Origin: Vicinamibacterales bacterium | GTDB taxonomy: Bacteria; Acidobacteriota; Vicinamibacteria; Vicinamibacterales; SCN-69-37 | Assembly: GCA_036675475.1 (NCBI GenBank) | Contig: JAKFEY010000002.1 | Coordinates: 4,459-68,458 of the forward strand | Reading direction: 5' to 3' | Length of the DNA stretch: 64,000 nucleotides | In this document: positions 50,195 to 59,964 of the stretch, piece after piece | How the letters are laid out: the number at the start of each line of letters is the position of its first letter | Numbering within the stretch: the first letter of the stretch is position 1 | Notes under the pieces: model-generated | The model's database searches: none | What the model was told of the DNA's origin: nothing | The model's input: only the letters and a program-made list of their open reading frames with translations | Translations under genes and position numbers: made by a program

Positions 50195-50755
50195 ATGAAG
50201 CTGCCGTCATGGAGCGTTCCCTCCTTTCCGACGACATTGCGGCAATTGTGCGCCGTCAATGTGGTCATGCTCGCTTTGTCTGCAGGCGCCGGTTGGTCAG
50301 TCGCCTCGTCGCGAGGCGCGGCCGTTGAAGTGGCCAGAAGCAGCAGCGGGGCTGCCGGAGGCTCGGATGTCATGGACGATGCGCGCGTGATCTTCGTGGC
50401 CAACGTCCGTGTCGCAGCCCTTCTGGTGCTGGGAGCGTGCACGCTGGGAGTCCTCACCGTGGCCGTGTTCCTGTGGAATGGCTACCTCCTCGGCTTTGGT
50501 CTTGCCGCGCTTTATGGCACTCAGCCGGGGAACCTGCTCTACGTTCTGGCATACGCGCCTGTCGAATTCGCCGCGTTCACTCTGGCGTCGGCCGGATCGA
50601 TGCATCTTGCGGTCCGAGTGATGCGGGCGCTTATCGCACGGGAACCGCTCTCTCTGAGGTCGTCGACGGCAGCCTTCGCGCTGTCGCTGCTGTTGCTCGC
50701 CATCGGCGCCGGTATTGAATCCTGTCTGAAAGCCCGCGTGTCGCATCCCTTATGA
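50195..50755 (+). CDS. SpoIIM/DUF95-family membrane protein
   Basis: IF.AN..VA, NG..LG, YAP.E, LL.IGA.IE pattern. Confidence 0.8.
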   Translation: MKLPSWSVPSFPTTLRQLCAVNVVMLALSAGAGWSVASSRGAAVEVARSSSGAAGGSDVMDDARVIFVANVRVAALLVLGACTLGVLTVAVFLWNGYLLGFGLAALYGTQPGNLLYVLAYAPVEFAAFTLASAGSMHLAVRVMRALIAREPLSLRSSTAAFALSLLLLAIGAGIESCLKARVSHPL

Positions 50756-51639
50756 GCGAGGTTCTGAAATTGATCGCGGTCGAGCGCGACTTTCCGGGTT
50801 TCCGGTTTGGCCCCGTAACGCTGGCGTTCGCGCCTGGCGTGGTCCACGGCCTGCTCGGCCCCAACGGTGCGGGCAAGACGACGATGTTGAACCTTATGGC
50901 GCTGCAGTCGCGCCCGGCGTCGGGCTCGATGACCTATGGATCGAGGGTTGTCCCGTGGGCGGATCTGCGATGGAAGCAAACCCTCGCGTATGTGCGTGAA
51001 ACGCCCGCGTTCTATGACGAATTTACCGTCGCCGACACGCTTCGGTTCGCCGGCGCGCTTCACGATCGTTGGGACCTGGCATTGGCCACACGCCTGGCGA
51101 ATCGTTTCGGTCTTGACGGTCGCAAGAGTGTGCGGGCGCTGTCGAAAGGGACCAGAGTCAAGCTCGGGCTCGTCCTGGCGCTGGCGCAGGGTGCTCGCCT
51201 GCTGCTGCTCGACGAGCCTACGGCCGGCGTTGATCCGACGTCCCGAGAGGAACTGCACGACGCCATCAAAGAGCTGCGCCTGGAGAGACCGGACCTCTGC
51301 GTGATCTTGTCGTCTCACCTCTTCGAGGACGTCAATGAGCTGGCCGACCAGTTCCTGATCCTGCGCGATGGCCAGGTCGCCTTCGCCGCGTCTCGGACGG
51401 AACTGGCGGTCATGTCTCTGTATCGGTTGCCCGAGCAGGCCGTCGTCCCGTCCTCCGACGACATTCGGCTGACCTGGGTATCGAAGGGGGAGCGATGGAT
51501 TCTGCTGCCGCGACAGTCCAGGCTCATCGCCACGCTTCGGTCGCTTTCCGGCTGCGTCGAGGACAGGGCCGATGGCTTGATCGCTGCGGCTTATCGCGGT
51601 ACCGTCCAGGCGCACGCCACCGGGAGTACGCCGTGGTGA
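50752..51639 (+). CDS. ABC transporter ATP-binding protein
   Basis: GPNGAGKTT, LSKG, LLLDEPTAGVDP, SSH. Confidence 0.92.
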   Translation: MSEVLKLIAVERDFPGFRFGPVTLAFAPGVVHGLLGPNGAGKTTMLNLMALQSRPASGSMTYGSRVVPWADLRWKQTLAYVRETPAFYDEFTVADTLRFAGALHDRWDLALATRLANRFGLDGRKSVRALSKGTRVKLGLVLALAQGARLLLLDEPTAGVDPTSREELHDAIKELRLERPDLCVILSSHLFEDVNELADQFLILRDGQVAFAASRTELAVMSLYRLPEQAVVPSSDDIRLTWVSKGERWILLPRQSRLIATLRSLSGCVEDRADGLIAAAYRGTVQAHATGSTPW

Positions 51640-52292
51640 ACCATCGCGTGCGAGTGCTGCTGCTCAAGGATCTCAGGCTGCATGGCCGCGGCGTGGCGCT
51701 CATCCAGGCCGCGGCCGTTGCCCTTGTCTGGGTCATGCTTGTCCTTCACCCGAGCGACATGCGACGCCAGGCCAGCTTGCTGTTCAACGTGAACTTCCTG
51801 TTGACCGGCCTCTGGGGAGAATGGCTCGTCTCGCGGGAGAAAACCAAGGGCACCTTCGGGTGGCTTCGCTCGCTGCCAATTGCCGATCGAGACCTCGTCG
51901 CCGCGAAATTTGCCGGCGCCGCGCTCTATGCCGTCGTACTCTGGGCCGTGATGTCGGGGATCCTCGCGGCTTCCTACTTCATGGAGCGCCCGATGGAATG
52001 GCTGCTGCGGGCGATGGCGTTGGTCACATTCGGAGGCATCACACTTGCCGCCCGTTGGCGTTTCACCCAGAAGGTAGGCCAGACCCTGCCCTTTGCTCTG
52101 GTCCTCGTCCTGCTGTTGGGCGTGGCCGCCGCCCAGCGGGGCGGCCGCTGGCCGGCCGGCGCGGTTGCGCTCATTCAAGGCAGTGGAGGACAGGTTGCCG
52201 TCGCTGTCGGACTCCTCACCTGCTATCTCTTCACCGTAGGCGCAACAGCCGTGTGGGTCCGAAGGTCGGATACCTCACGGCTGGTGGAATGA
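51636..52292 (+). CDS. ABC-2-type permease
   Basis: LLLKDLR, EK.KGT...L.SLP....LV.AKF; about 6 TM helices. Confidence 0.8.
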   Translation: MNHRVRVLLLKDLRLHGRGVALIQAAAVALVWVMLVLHPSDMRRQASLLFNVNFLLTGLWGEWLVSREKTKGTFGWLRSLPIADRDLVAAKFAGAALYAVVLWAVMSGILAASYFMERPMEWLLRAMALVTFGGITLAARWRFTQKVGQTLPFALVLVLLLGVAAAQRGGRWPAGAVALIQGSGGQVAVAVGLLTCYLFTVGATAVWVRRSDTSRLVE

Positions 52293-52319
52293 GCACGGGG
52301 CCTGGTCGCGAGTTGCGCC

Positions 52320-52970
52320 ATGCTGATGTTCGTCTGGAGTCCCGTTCGGTTTTTCCACCGCCGTATGCAGAGCAGGCCGGCGTGGACGGCGGCGATAGCA
52401 GCGCCCCTGGCGTGTGCACTGCTCGAGTTGACGGCCACGACCATCTTTGCCGCCAAGAATGAGGCGATGCTCGACCGTCTGGCGGTGGTCACGAACGCGT
52501 CCGTCGGGAGCCTGACCGCAGCCAGATTGTCGACGTTGTCGACCGTCTTCGGATACCCGATGCTTTACGGCATTGTGACGTTCGCAATGATCTGCTTCGA
52601 CATTCTCGGCAGGGATTCGCGCCACGCGCGCCGCATCGCCGAGTTTACGGGCATCGCATTCGCTGCTTGCGTACCGGCGTGCCTCTTCATGTGCCTTGTC
52701 GCGGTAGTGTGGGTGCCTCCTCCGCTCGATCTGCAGCTTCAGGCATCGATGTCGCAGATTGAGCATGCCATCGACGTTTACCGCCAGGCGCTCGCCAGCG
52801 ACCCCTTGATATCTACCGGCCGCACTCTCTACTATGCGTCGCTGGCGTGGCTCGTTGCGCTGCTGGCATGCATCCTCAAGGTGGCAGCCGGGTACACGAC
52901 TCGGGCAGCAGCCGCGGCTGCGTGCGTGCTGTTCGCGGCTTTCGGAGGTGCGTATCTGCTCGTGGCATGA
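52320..52970 (+). CDS. Yip1-like multi-pass membrane protein
   Basis: SP..FF..M...P.W N-terminal motif; about 5 TM helices. Confidence 0.6.
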   Translation: MLMFVWSPVRFFHRRMQSRPAWTAAIAAPLACALLELTATTIFAAKNEAMLDRLAVVTNASVGSLTAARLSTLSTVFGYPMLYGIVTFAMICFDILGRDSRHARRIAEFTGIAFAACVPACLFMCLVAVVWVPPPLDLQLQASMSQIEHAIDVYRQALASDPLISTGRTLYYASLAWLVALLACILKVAAGYTTRAAAAAACVLFAAFGGAYLLVA

Positions 52971-53062
52971 ATGCCTCGCGTCCGAGAGTCGCTCCACAGC
53001 CGGTCGCGCCAGGTGACGAAGCCGAGTTCGTGAAAGCGCTCGCTCGACTCGCGCGCTCATAA
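52967..53062 (+). CDS. Possible 31-aa peptide
   Basis: ATGA-coupled to the Yip1 stop; its TAA abuts the GGAGG RBS of the next gene. Confidence 0.3.
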   Translation: MNASRPRVAPQPVAPGDEAEFVKALARLARS

Positions 53063-53073
53063 GGAGGAACGTG

Positions 53074-53565
53074 ATGCCAGGAATGTCGTGTGTGATGGCG
53101 GTGGCAGTTACCACGCTCGTTGCCATGTTCCTGCCCGCGAGGGCGACGCTCGAGCCGCAGCAGGGTGGAAACCCTCTCGCCGGGCCGTATGACACCAAGC
53201 AGCTTGGTCTCGGCACGCGCGCCACCGTTGTCGTGGCGTTCGCCGCGGATGACTGCAAGGCCTGCGCTGAGGCGATCCCGTTCTACAAGACACTGCTCAA
53301 GGTGCCAGGCATGGACGGAAGCACGCGGCGGCTCATCGTTGTGGCCATGGATGGCGTCTGGCCGGTGAAGGACATCACAGACAAACAGGCGTTCGAGCCA
53401 CATCGGCTGACGTCAGGGCCATATCCGGCCGGCCGGCTCCCCGGTGTGACCAAAGCGCCGACGGTACTCGTCCTCGATGAAAATGGAGCTCCGGTCGGGA
53501 AGTGGGAAGGCCCGCTGACGGATGTGCAGCAGAAGGAAGTCATCGCGGCCGCCAGCAGGCGCTGA
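53074..53565 (+). CDS. Exported thioredoxin-fold (redoxin) protein
   Basis: Signal peptide, VVVAFAADDCKAC, cis-Pro-like APT.LVLDENG, W.G. Confidence 0.75.
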   Translation: MPGMSCVMAVAVTTLVAMFLPARATLEPQQGGNPLAGPYDTKQLGLGTRATVVVAFAADDCKACAEAIPFYKTLLKVPGMDGSTRRLIVVAMDGVWPVKDITDKQAFEPHRLTSGPYPAGRLPGVTKAPTVLVLDENGAPVGKWEGPLTDVQQKEVIAAASRR

Positions 53566-53634
53566 CGGCCCAGCGGGCTCCGCAGCCTCGCGCGCGCCGC
53601 CGCGATGCTCTCGGCCGCGGGACATAATTGTCCC

Positions 53635-54558
53635 GTGGCCGTCACCATCTTCACCTCACCTCGCTTCAGCGAGCACGTCACGCCGCCGGGACATCCCGAG
53701 CGGCCCGAGCGCGCCAAGGCCATGGAGGGCGTCGCCAACCGCTGGCGCATGAAGGGCGGCGACGTCCGCGACGCCCGGCCCGCGACGCGCGGAGAGCTCG
53801 CCCGCGTGCACACGCCCGAATACCTCGATCTCGTCGAATCGGTGCGGGGACGGCCCGCGCAGCTCGACCCCGACACCTACACAAGCCCCGAGTCGGTCGA
53901 GATTGCGGCACTCGCCGCCGGCGCCGCCATCGAGGCCGCCCGCCTCGCGCGCGACGGCACGCCGGCCTTTGCGTTCGTCCGTCCGCCCGGCCATCACGCC
54001 GAGCCCGACAAAGCAATGGGCTTCTGCCTCTACAACAACATCGCCGTCGCAGCCGCCGATCTGCTCGCCACCGGCACGCGCACAGTCGCCATCGTCGACA
54101 TCGACGTCCACCACGGCAACGGCACGCAGTGGGCGTTCTACGCAGATCCGCGGGTGCTGTTCATCTCGAGCCATCAGTTTCCGTTTTATCCGGGCACTGG
54201 CGCCGCCGGGGAGACCGGCAGCGGGGAAGGCGCCGGCTTCACGCTCAACATTCCGCTCGCTGCGGGCGCCGGGGACGACGAGTACGACAAGGCCTACGCG
54301 GAGATTGTTCAGCCGGCGCTCCAGACGTTTGCGCCTGAAGTGCTGCTGATCTCCGCCGGCTTCGACACCTGGATTCATGACCCGCTCGCGGGCATGCGGG
54401 TCACGGCGGACGGGTTCCGCCGCATCTTTGCGCGCCTCCGCGCTGCCGCCGATGCCACATGCGGCAGCCGGGTCATGCTGGTCACCGAGGGCGGTTACGA
54501 TCTGGCCGGGCTCGAAGCGGGACTGCAGGCCGGATTGGCGGCGTTCGGCGCGATATAA
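53635..54558 (+). CDS. Histone deacetylase-family amidohydrolase
   Basis: [38 protein letters not shown]. Confidence 0.93.
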   Translation: MAVTIFTSPRFSEHVTPPGHPERPERAKAMEGVANRWRMKGGDVRDARPATRGELARVHTPEYLDLVESVRGRPAQLDPDTYTSPESVEIAALAAGAAIEAARLARDGTPAFAFVRPPGHHAEPDKAMGFCLYNNIAVAAADLLATGTRTVAIVDIDVHHGNGTQWAFYADPRVLFISSHQFPFYPGTGAAGETGSGEGAGFTLNIPLAAGAGDDEYDKAYAEIVQPALQTFAPEVLLISAGFDTWIHDPLAGMRVTADGFRRIFARLRAAADATCGSRVMLVTEGGYDLAGLEAGLQAGLAAFGAI

Positions 54559-54565
54559 TTCACGT

Positions 54566-57049
54566 TTGGCCGACTACAACCCGCAGACCATCGAAACGAA
54601 ATGGCAGGACACCTGGGCGCGCACGCGCGCGTTCGAGGTCACTGAAGATCCGTCACGCCCCAAGTTCTACTGCCTCGAAATGTTCGCGTACCCCTCGGGG
54701 CACGCCCACGTGGGCCACGTCCGCAACTACATGATCGGCGACGTGATGGCCCGGCTCAAGCGGATGCGCGGCTTCAACGTGCTGCATCCCTTCGGCTGGG
54801 ACGCCTTCGGCCTGCCCGCCGAGAACGCCGCCATCAAGAACGGCACGCATCCCGAAACGTGGACGCTCGAGAACATCGCGCACATGAAGGGGCAGCTGCA
54901 GCGGCTCGGCATCAGCTACGCCTGGGAGCGCGAGTTCGCCACGTGCCAGCCCGAGTACTACCGCTGGAACCAGTGGCTCTTCACGCGCATGTTCGAGAAG
55001 GGCCTCGCCTACAAGCGCCGGTCAACGGTGAACTGGTGCGAGAGCTGCCAGACGGTGCTGGCCAACGAGCAGGTCGTCGACGGCGGCTGCTGGCGCTGCG
55101 GCACGCCCGTCACGCTGCGCGATCTCGAGCAGTGGTTCCTGCGCATCACCGCCTACGCCGACGAGCTGCTCGAAGCGGCCGACGGTCTCGAGGCGTGGCC
55201 CGACAAGGTGCTCACGATGCAGCGCAACTGGATCGGGCGCAGCGAAGGCGCGCGCGTGAAGTTTCAGATTGCGGGCGCGGCAGCGGACGAGCAGATCGAA
55301 GTGTTCACCACGCGCATCGACACGATCTACGGCGCAACGTTCATGACGCTTGCGCCGGAGCATGCGCTGGTCGAGCGATTCGCCGCCGAGTCGGACGACC
55401 CCGCCGCGTTCCGCGCGCGCGCGCAGAAGTTCCGCTCGCAGGACCGCACGGCACGCATGACCGGCGATCTCGAGAAGGAAGGCTTCGACACGGGCCGCCG
55501 CGTCATCAATCCGTTCACGCACGAAGAGATCCCCGTCTGGATCGCGAACTTCGTCCTCGGCGAATACGGCACGGGTGCCGTCATGGGCGTGCCGGCGCAC
55601 GACGATCGCGACCGAGAGTTCGCCACCAAATACGGCCTGCCCATTCGCACGGTCGTGAGCGACGATGATGTGCTCGTTGAGTCGGGACCGTTCAGCGGTC
55701 TGAAGGCTGACGAGGGCGTTCGGAAGATCACGGCCGAAGCCGAGGCTCGGGGAGTCGGCACGGCGACGGTGCAGTACCGGCTCAAGGACTGGGGCATCAG
55801 CCGCCAGCGCTACTGGGGCACGCCGATCCCAATCATTTACTGCGACAAAGACGGCATGGTGCCGGTGCCCGACGACCAGCTGCCGGTGACGCTGCCGAAG
55901 ATCGACGTCTTCAGCGGCCGCGGCGATTCGCCGCTGGCCAGCGTGCCGGAGTTCGTGAACGTGGCGTGCCCGAAGTGCGGCGGGCCGGCGCGGCGCGAAA
56001 CCGACACCATGGACACGTTCGTCGACTCGTCCTGGTACTTCTACCGGTTCTGCGATCCGTCGAATGTGAATCTGCCGTTCGATCGCGCCAAGGTCGAATA
56101 CTGGGGCCCGGTCGATTTCTACAGCGGCGGCGTCGAGCACGCCATCCTGCACCTGATCTACTCGCGCTTCTTCGCGAAGGTCTTCCGCGATCTCGGCATG
56201 AGCACCATCAGCGAGCCGTTTTCGCGCCTCCTCACGCAGGGCATGGTGTTGAAGAACGGCGCAGTCATGTCCAAGTCGAAGGGCAATGTCGTGGACCCCG
56301 ACGACATGATCGCCAAATACGGCGCCGACGCGCTGCGCCTCTACGTGATGTTCGTGGCGCCGCCTGAAAAGGAAGTGGAGTGGAGCGACGCGGGCCTCGA
56401 CGGCAGCTTCCGCTTCCTGCTGCGCGTCTGGCGACTCGTGTGGCGGCTTGCCGAGACGATCGGCGGCGAAGGCATCCCGGCGCCGGCCACGCTCGCGCTC
56501 AACGACGCCGAGCGCGCGATGCGCCGCAAGACGCACGAGACCATCCGCAAGGTCACGCTCGACCTCGATCCGCGCGTGCATCTGAACACCGCGGTGTCGG
56601 GCCTCATGGAGCTGGTCAACGAGCTCTATACCTTCTGCCAGGGCATCAACTGCTTCCGCGGCGTCGACAAGGACGATGTGGGCGTGATGGACCGCATCGA
56701 ATCCATCGCGGTGGCGAAGGAAGCGGTCGAGGCCCTGGTGCTGATGCTGTCGCCATTCGCGCCGCACATGGCCGAGGAGCTGTGGGAGATGCTCGACCAC
56801 GCGGGCGGCGTCGTCGCCGCGGGCTGGCCGGCGTTCGATCCGGAAGCCGCGAAGGCGGATGAGATCGTGATCCCCGTGCAGGTCAACGGCAAGCTGCGCG
56901 GCCGGGTGACCGTGCCAGCCGACGCGACCGAAGCCGTCATTCAGGCCGCCGCCCTGACCGACCCGCAGGTGCAGATCCACACGGCAGGCAAGACGGTGGT
57001 GAAGGTGATCGTCGCAAAGGGTAAGCTGGTCAGCGTGGTGGTCAAATGA
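54566..57049 (+). CDS. leuS: Leucine--tRNA ligase
   Basis: [46 protein letters not shown]; TTG start. Confidence 0.97.
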   Translation: MADYNPQTIETKWQDTWARTRAFEVTEDPSRPKFYCLEMFAYPSGHAHVGHVRNYMIGDVMARLKRMRGFNVLHPFGWDAFGLPAENAAIKNGTHPETWTLENIAHMKGQLQRLGISYAWEREFATCQPEYYRWNQWLFTRMFEKGLAYKRRSTVNWCESCQTVLANEQVVDGGCWRCGTPVTLRDLEQWFLRITAYADELLEAADGLEAWPDKVLTMQRNWIGRSEGARVKFQIAGAAADEQIEVFTTRIDTIYGATFMTLAPEHALVERFAAESDDPAAFRARAQKFRSQDRTARMTGDLEKEGFDTGRRVINPFTHEEIPVWIANFVLGEYGTGAVMGVPAHDDRDREFATKYGLPIRTVVSDDDVLVESGPFSGLKADEGVRKITAEAEARGVGTATVQYRLKDWGISRQRYWGTPIPIIYCDKDGMVPVPDDQLPVTLPKIDVFSGRGDSPLASVPEFVNVACPKCGGPARRETDTMDTFVDSSWYFYRFCDPSNVNLPFDRAKVEYWGPVDFYSGGVEHAILHLIYSRFFAKVFRDLGMSTISEPFSRLLTQGMVLKNGAVMSKSKGNVVDPDDMIAKYGADALRLYVMFVAPPEKEVEWSDAGLDGSFRFLLRVWRLVWRLAETIGGEGIPAPATLALNDAERAMRRKTHETIRKVTLDLDPRVHLNTAVSGLMELVNELYTFCQGINCFRGVDKDDVGVMDRIESIAVAKEAVEALVLMLSPFAPHMAEELWEMLDHAGGVVAAGWPAFDPEAAKADEIVIPVQVNGKLRGRVTVPADATEAVIQAAALTDPQVQIHTAGKTVVKVIVAKGKLVSVVVK

Positions 57050-57591
57050 AAAGGGTAGCGCAGGCCTTTAGGCCTGCGGTGGTCGCGATGGTGGTCCTGC
57101 TCACCGCAGGTTGCGGCTACGCGCTCGCCGGCCGCGGATCGTCGCTGCCCGACTATATCCGCGTGATTGGCGTGCCGAACTTCAAGAACGGCACGCCGGT
57201 GTTCGAGATCGATCGCGTGATTTCCGATCGCGTGCGGCAGGAGCTGATCGGGCGCGGCAAGTACGAAGTCAGGCCCACCACCACCGGCGTCGACGCGCTC
57301 GTGGACGGCACCGTCACGTCCGTCACGCTTGCGCCGGCGACGTTCGACCAGAACCGCCAGGCCTCGCGCTACACGATCACCATCACGGCCTCGGTGACCT
57401 TCCGCGACATCAAGACCGGCAAGGAAATCTGGGCCAACCCGGCCATCTCGTTCCGCGACGAGTATCAGATCAGCGATCCCTCGAGCGGCGCCAACATCGC
57501 GGCCTTCTTCGGCAACGAGACGAACGCCGTCACGCGCCTCGCCAACGACTTCGCGCGCACCGTCGTCAGCGCCATGCTGGAAGCCTTCTAG
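57046..57591 (+). CDS. lptE: LPS assembly lipoprotein LptE
   Basis: Lipobox TAGC-GY; position in leuS-lptE-holA. Confidence 0.85.
   Translation: MKRVAQAFRPAVVAMVVLLTAGCGYALAGRGSSLPDYIRVIGVPNFKNGTPVFEIDRVISDRVRQELIGRGKYEVRPTTTGVDALVDGTVTSVTLAPATFDQNRQASRYTITITASVTFRDIKTGKEIWANPAISFRDEYQISDPSSGANIAAFFGNETNAVTRLANDFARTVVSAMLEAF
57055..57078 (+). repeat. GTAG-REP-like palindrome inside the 5' coding region of lptE
   Basis: GTAG cgcaggcct-tt-aggcctgcg; one mismatch to the 49786 copy. Confidence 0.8.
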
Positions 57592-57594
57592 GCC

Positions 57595-58605
57595 GTGCCG
57601 TCTGTCGCCGCCGACGCCTTCGTTCAGCAGATTCGCAAACGCAAGCCAGAGCCCGTCTACGTCATCATCGGCGACGACGATCAGGAGAAGTCGGGGCTGT
57701 CGCAGCTCGCCTCCGAGCTGGTCGAGGACGAGCTGCGCGCCTTCAACGTCGAACGGCTCTACGGCACCGACAAGACCACCAGTGCCGACGCCATCGTCGA
57801 AGCCGCGCGCGTGTTGCCGATGCTCGGCGACCGCCGCGTCATCGTGGTGCTTCGCGCCGATCGGCTGCTGAAGCCGCCGCGCAAGAAGGCGGACGATGAC
57901 GAGAGCGACGAACCGGCAGACGCGAGCGACGGCGCGCCGGTGTCGGCGGATGCGCTGACGGCGTACGTCACGAAGCCCGAGCCGATGACCACGCTGGTGC
58001 TGGTGGCCGACGACATCGATCGATCGCGCAAGCTGGGCAAGGCCCTCATCAAGCATGCGGCTATCGTCGAGTGCTGGGGGCTGAAGGGCGGCAAGGAGGT
58101 CAAGGGCTGGGAGCTGCCGCAGGTGGCGCGCGCGGCGCAGGCGTGGGTGAAGAAGCAGGCGGCCGAGGCGGGCAAGCAGGTGGACGCGCAGGGCGCGATG
58201 CTGCTGGCCGAGCGCGCGGGCACCGATATCTCGCGGCTGCGAGGCGACTGGCAGCGCGTGCTGTTGTACGTGGGGGAGCGCGCGAAGATCACGCGCGAGG
58301 ATGTCGCCGAAGTGGTGTCGCCGGAGACCTCGCAGGACGACTGGGCGGTGACCAACGCGATCGAGCGCGGCGACGCGGCCACGGCCCTGCGTCAGCTGGG
58401 CCTGGCGTTCGATGCCGGCGCGGCGCCGCAGATGATGGTGGGGCAGCTCGGATGGTGGGTGCGATCGAAGCTGCCAGGGCTGGCGTCCGGCCGTGTGAAG
58501 GCGGCGGTGGACGCGCTGCTCAGAACTGATCTGGAGTTGAAAAGCTCGACGGGCGAGCCGCGCGTGCTGCTCGAGCGGCTCGTCGTCGAATTGTGCGGGC
58601 GGTAG
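57595..58605 (+). CDS. holA: DNA polymerase III subunit delta
   Basis: PVY.I.G.D, FN....G, LPM.G.RR, D..LKS; synteny after lptE. Confidence 0.88.
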   Translation: MPSVAADAFVQQIRKRKPEPVYVIIGDDDQEKSGLSQLASELVEDELRAFNVERLYGTDKTTSADAIVEAARVLPMLGDRRVIVVLRADRLLKPPRKKADDDESDEPADASDGAPVSADALTAYVTKPEPMTTLVLVADDIDRSRKLGKALIKHAAIVECWGLKGGKEVKGWELPQVARAAQAWVKKQAAEAGKQVDAQGAMLLAERAGTDISRLRGDWQRVLLYVGERAKITREDVAEVVSPETSQDDWAVTNAIERGDAATALRQLGLAFDAGAAPQMMVGQLGWWVRSKLPGLASGRVKAAVDALLRTDLELKSSTGEPRVLLERLVVELCGR

Positions 58606-58625
58606 GCCGGGACGTCAGTCCCGGC
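58602..58625 (+). repeat. GTAG-REP-like palindrome
   Basis: GTAG gccgggac-gtca-gtcccggc. Confidence 0.75.
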
Positions 58626-58634
58626 GCCGTCAGA

Positions 58635-58913
58635 TCAGGCCTTGGCGGCCTTGCTCTTCTTCGACGCGCGCTTGACCAGCCGCGACTTGTAGCGGCCCGC
58701 GGCGTTGGCGTGGATGATGCCCTTGCCGGCCATCTTGTCGATCAGCGAGAAGGCCTCGTTGAGCGCGCCCTTGGCGGCGTCGGTGTCGCCGGCGTCGAGG
58801 GCGGTGCGGATCTTCTTGAGACCGGTGCGCAGGCGCGAGCGCATCTCACGGTTGCGGGTCTGCTTCTTCTCGGACTGGCGGTGGGCTTTTACCGCCGACT
58901 TGTGCTTCGCCAA
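58635..58913 (-). CDS. rpsT: 30S ribosomal protein S20
   Basis: HKSA.K..RQ, S.LRT..KK, DK...KGIIH.N.A.R.KSRL. Confidence 0.96.
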   Translation of the reverse strand: MAKHKSAVKAHRQSEKKQTRNREMRSRLRTGLKKIRTALDAGDTDAAKGALNEAFSLIDKMAGKGIIHANAAGRYKSRLVKRASKKSKAAKA

Positions 58914-58972
58914 ACTGGATTCCTTTGCTTCGGGCGGCGTCCGGCCGCGCTTTCAAACCCCTGATTTTAGCA

Positions 58973-59365
58973 TTACCAGTCCTCGCGGGCCCGGTATTTC
59001 GCCTTTCGGGCCTCGCGGCGGCTCCGGCCGTCGGTGGCCTGATCGATGGCCAGGTTGACCCGGGCGGCCCGGCGGATGGCCGCCTCCTCGGGGGTGGGCG
59101 GCGGGGTCGTGTCGTCGTACATCTTGCGCGCCTGCGCCTTGGGCAGGTGCATGTCGGTGACCGCGCGTACCGTGAGGGTCTGGCGGCGGCCGAACGGCCG
59201 GGTGATGCTCAGGCGGTCGCCGACACGGAGCTGGCGGTTGGGCCGCGCGTTGTCGCCGTTGACCTCGACCTTGCCGCCCGCGCAGGCCCGCTGGGCCTCC
59301 GACCGCGTCTTGAACACGCACGAGACGTCGAGCCACACGTCGAGGCGGACGCTCTCGTCACTCAT
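58973..59365 (-). CDS. hslR: S4-domain RNA-binding protein (Hsp15-like)
   Basis: RLD.WL....FKTRS.A..AC..GKV.VNG, A..MY.D.T. Confidence 0.82.
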   Translation of the reverse strand: MSDESVRLDVWLDVSCVFKTRSEAQRACAGGKVEVNGDNARPNRQLRVGDRLSITRPFGRRQTLTVRAVTDMHLPKAQARKMYDDTTPPPTPEEAAIRRAARVNLAIDQATDGRSRREARKAKYRAREDW

Positions 59366-59380
59366 GAGACCATCTTAAAC

Positions 59381-59914
59381 GTGATTGGCCGATCCCTGCT
59401 CAAGTGGATAGGCGCCGACCGCGGAGCCATCGAGCCCGGCGCGCTCGACCGCACCGCCGCGGCGCTCGACACGATGCCGCCCGACCGGGCCCGCTACGTG
59501 GCCGCCTTCGCCTATCTGCTGGCGCGCGTGGCGAACGTGGACTCGCACGTCTCGCCGGACGAACTGGATCTGATGCATCGCGCGGTGCAGAAGGAAGCGG
59601 ATCTCACCGACGATGAGGCGGCCGTCATCGTGGGGCTCGCGCTGGGCGACACGCGGCGTTTTGCCGGCACGCACAACCTCGATGTCACGCGCGAGTTCAT
59701 GACGCTGTCGACGCCTGGCCAGCGGCTCGGCCTGCTGCGATGCCTGTTCGCGGTGTCGGCCGCCGACGACAGCGTGGCCACGGCGGAAGACAACGAGATC
59801 CGCCGTATCACGCGCGAGTTGAAGATCGAGCACGCCGACTTCATCGAGGCGCGCGCCGAGGTCAAGGCGCACTTGGCGGTATTGAAAAATGTAAAAAATG
59901 GGGACGGGTCTTAA
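59381..59914 (+). CDS. TerB-family protein
   Basis: RVA.VD..VS..E, LF.V.AAD......E...IR.I. Confidence 0.75.
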   Translation: MIGRSLLKWIGADRGAIEPGALDRTAAALDTMPPDRARYVAAFAYLLARVANVDSHVSPDELDLMHRAVQKEADLTDDEAAVIVGLALGDTRRFAGTHNLDVTREFMTLSTPGQRLGLLRCLFAVSAADDSVATAEDNEIRRITRELKIEHADFIEARAEVKAHLAVLKNVKNGDGS

Positions 59915-59964
59915 TTATTCATCGCGTGCATCACGCGATGAATAATTAAGACCCGTCCCCATTT
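59896..59964. repeat. Perfect 33-bp-arm palindrome
   Basis: aaatggggacgggtcttaattattcatcgcgtg-cat-exact reverse complement. Confidence 0.95.

Noticed and set aside
52289-52320. Frameshift at the 5' end of the Yip1-like gene (a coupled ATG at 52289 is out of frame with 52320)
   Set aside because: The ATG at 52320 gives a complete plausible protein; a frameshift cannot be supported without homolog alignment or reads
48855-53600. Integrative element boundaries around the peptide cassette
   Set aside because: No integrase, tRNA or flanking direct repeats were detected by eye; accessory status rests on gene content and codon style only
59381-59914. Tellurite-resistance or anti-phage ter system
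   Set aside because: A single TerB-domain gene with no other ter or defence partners
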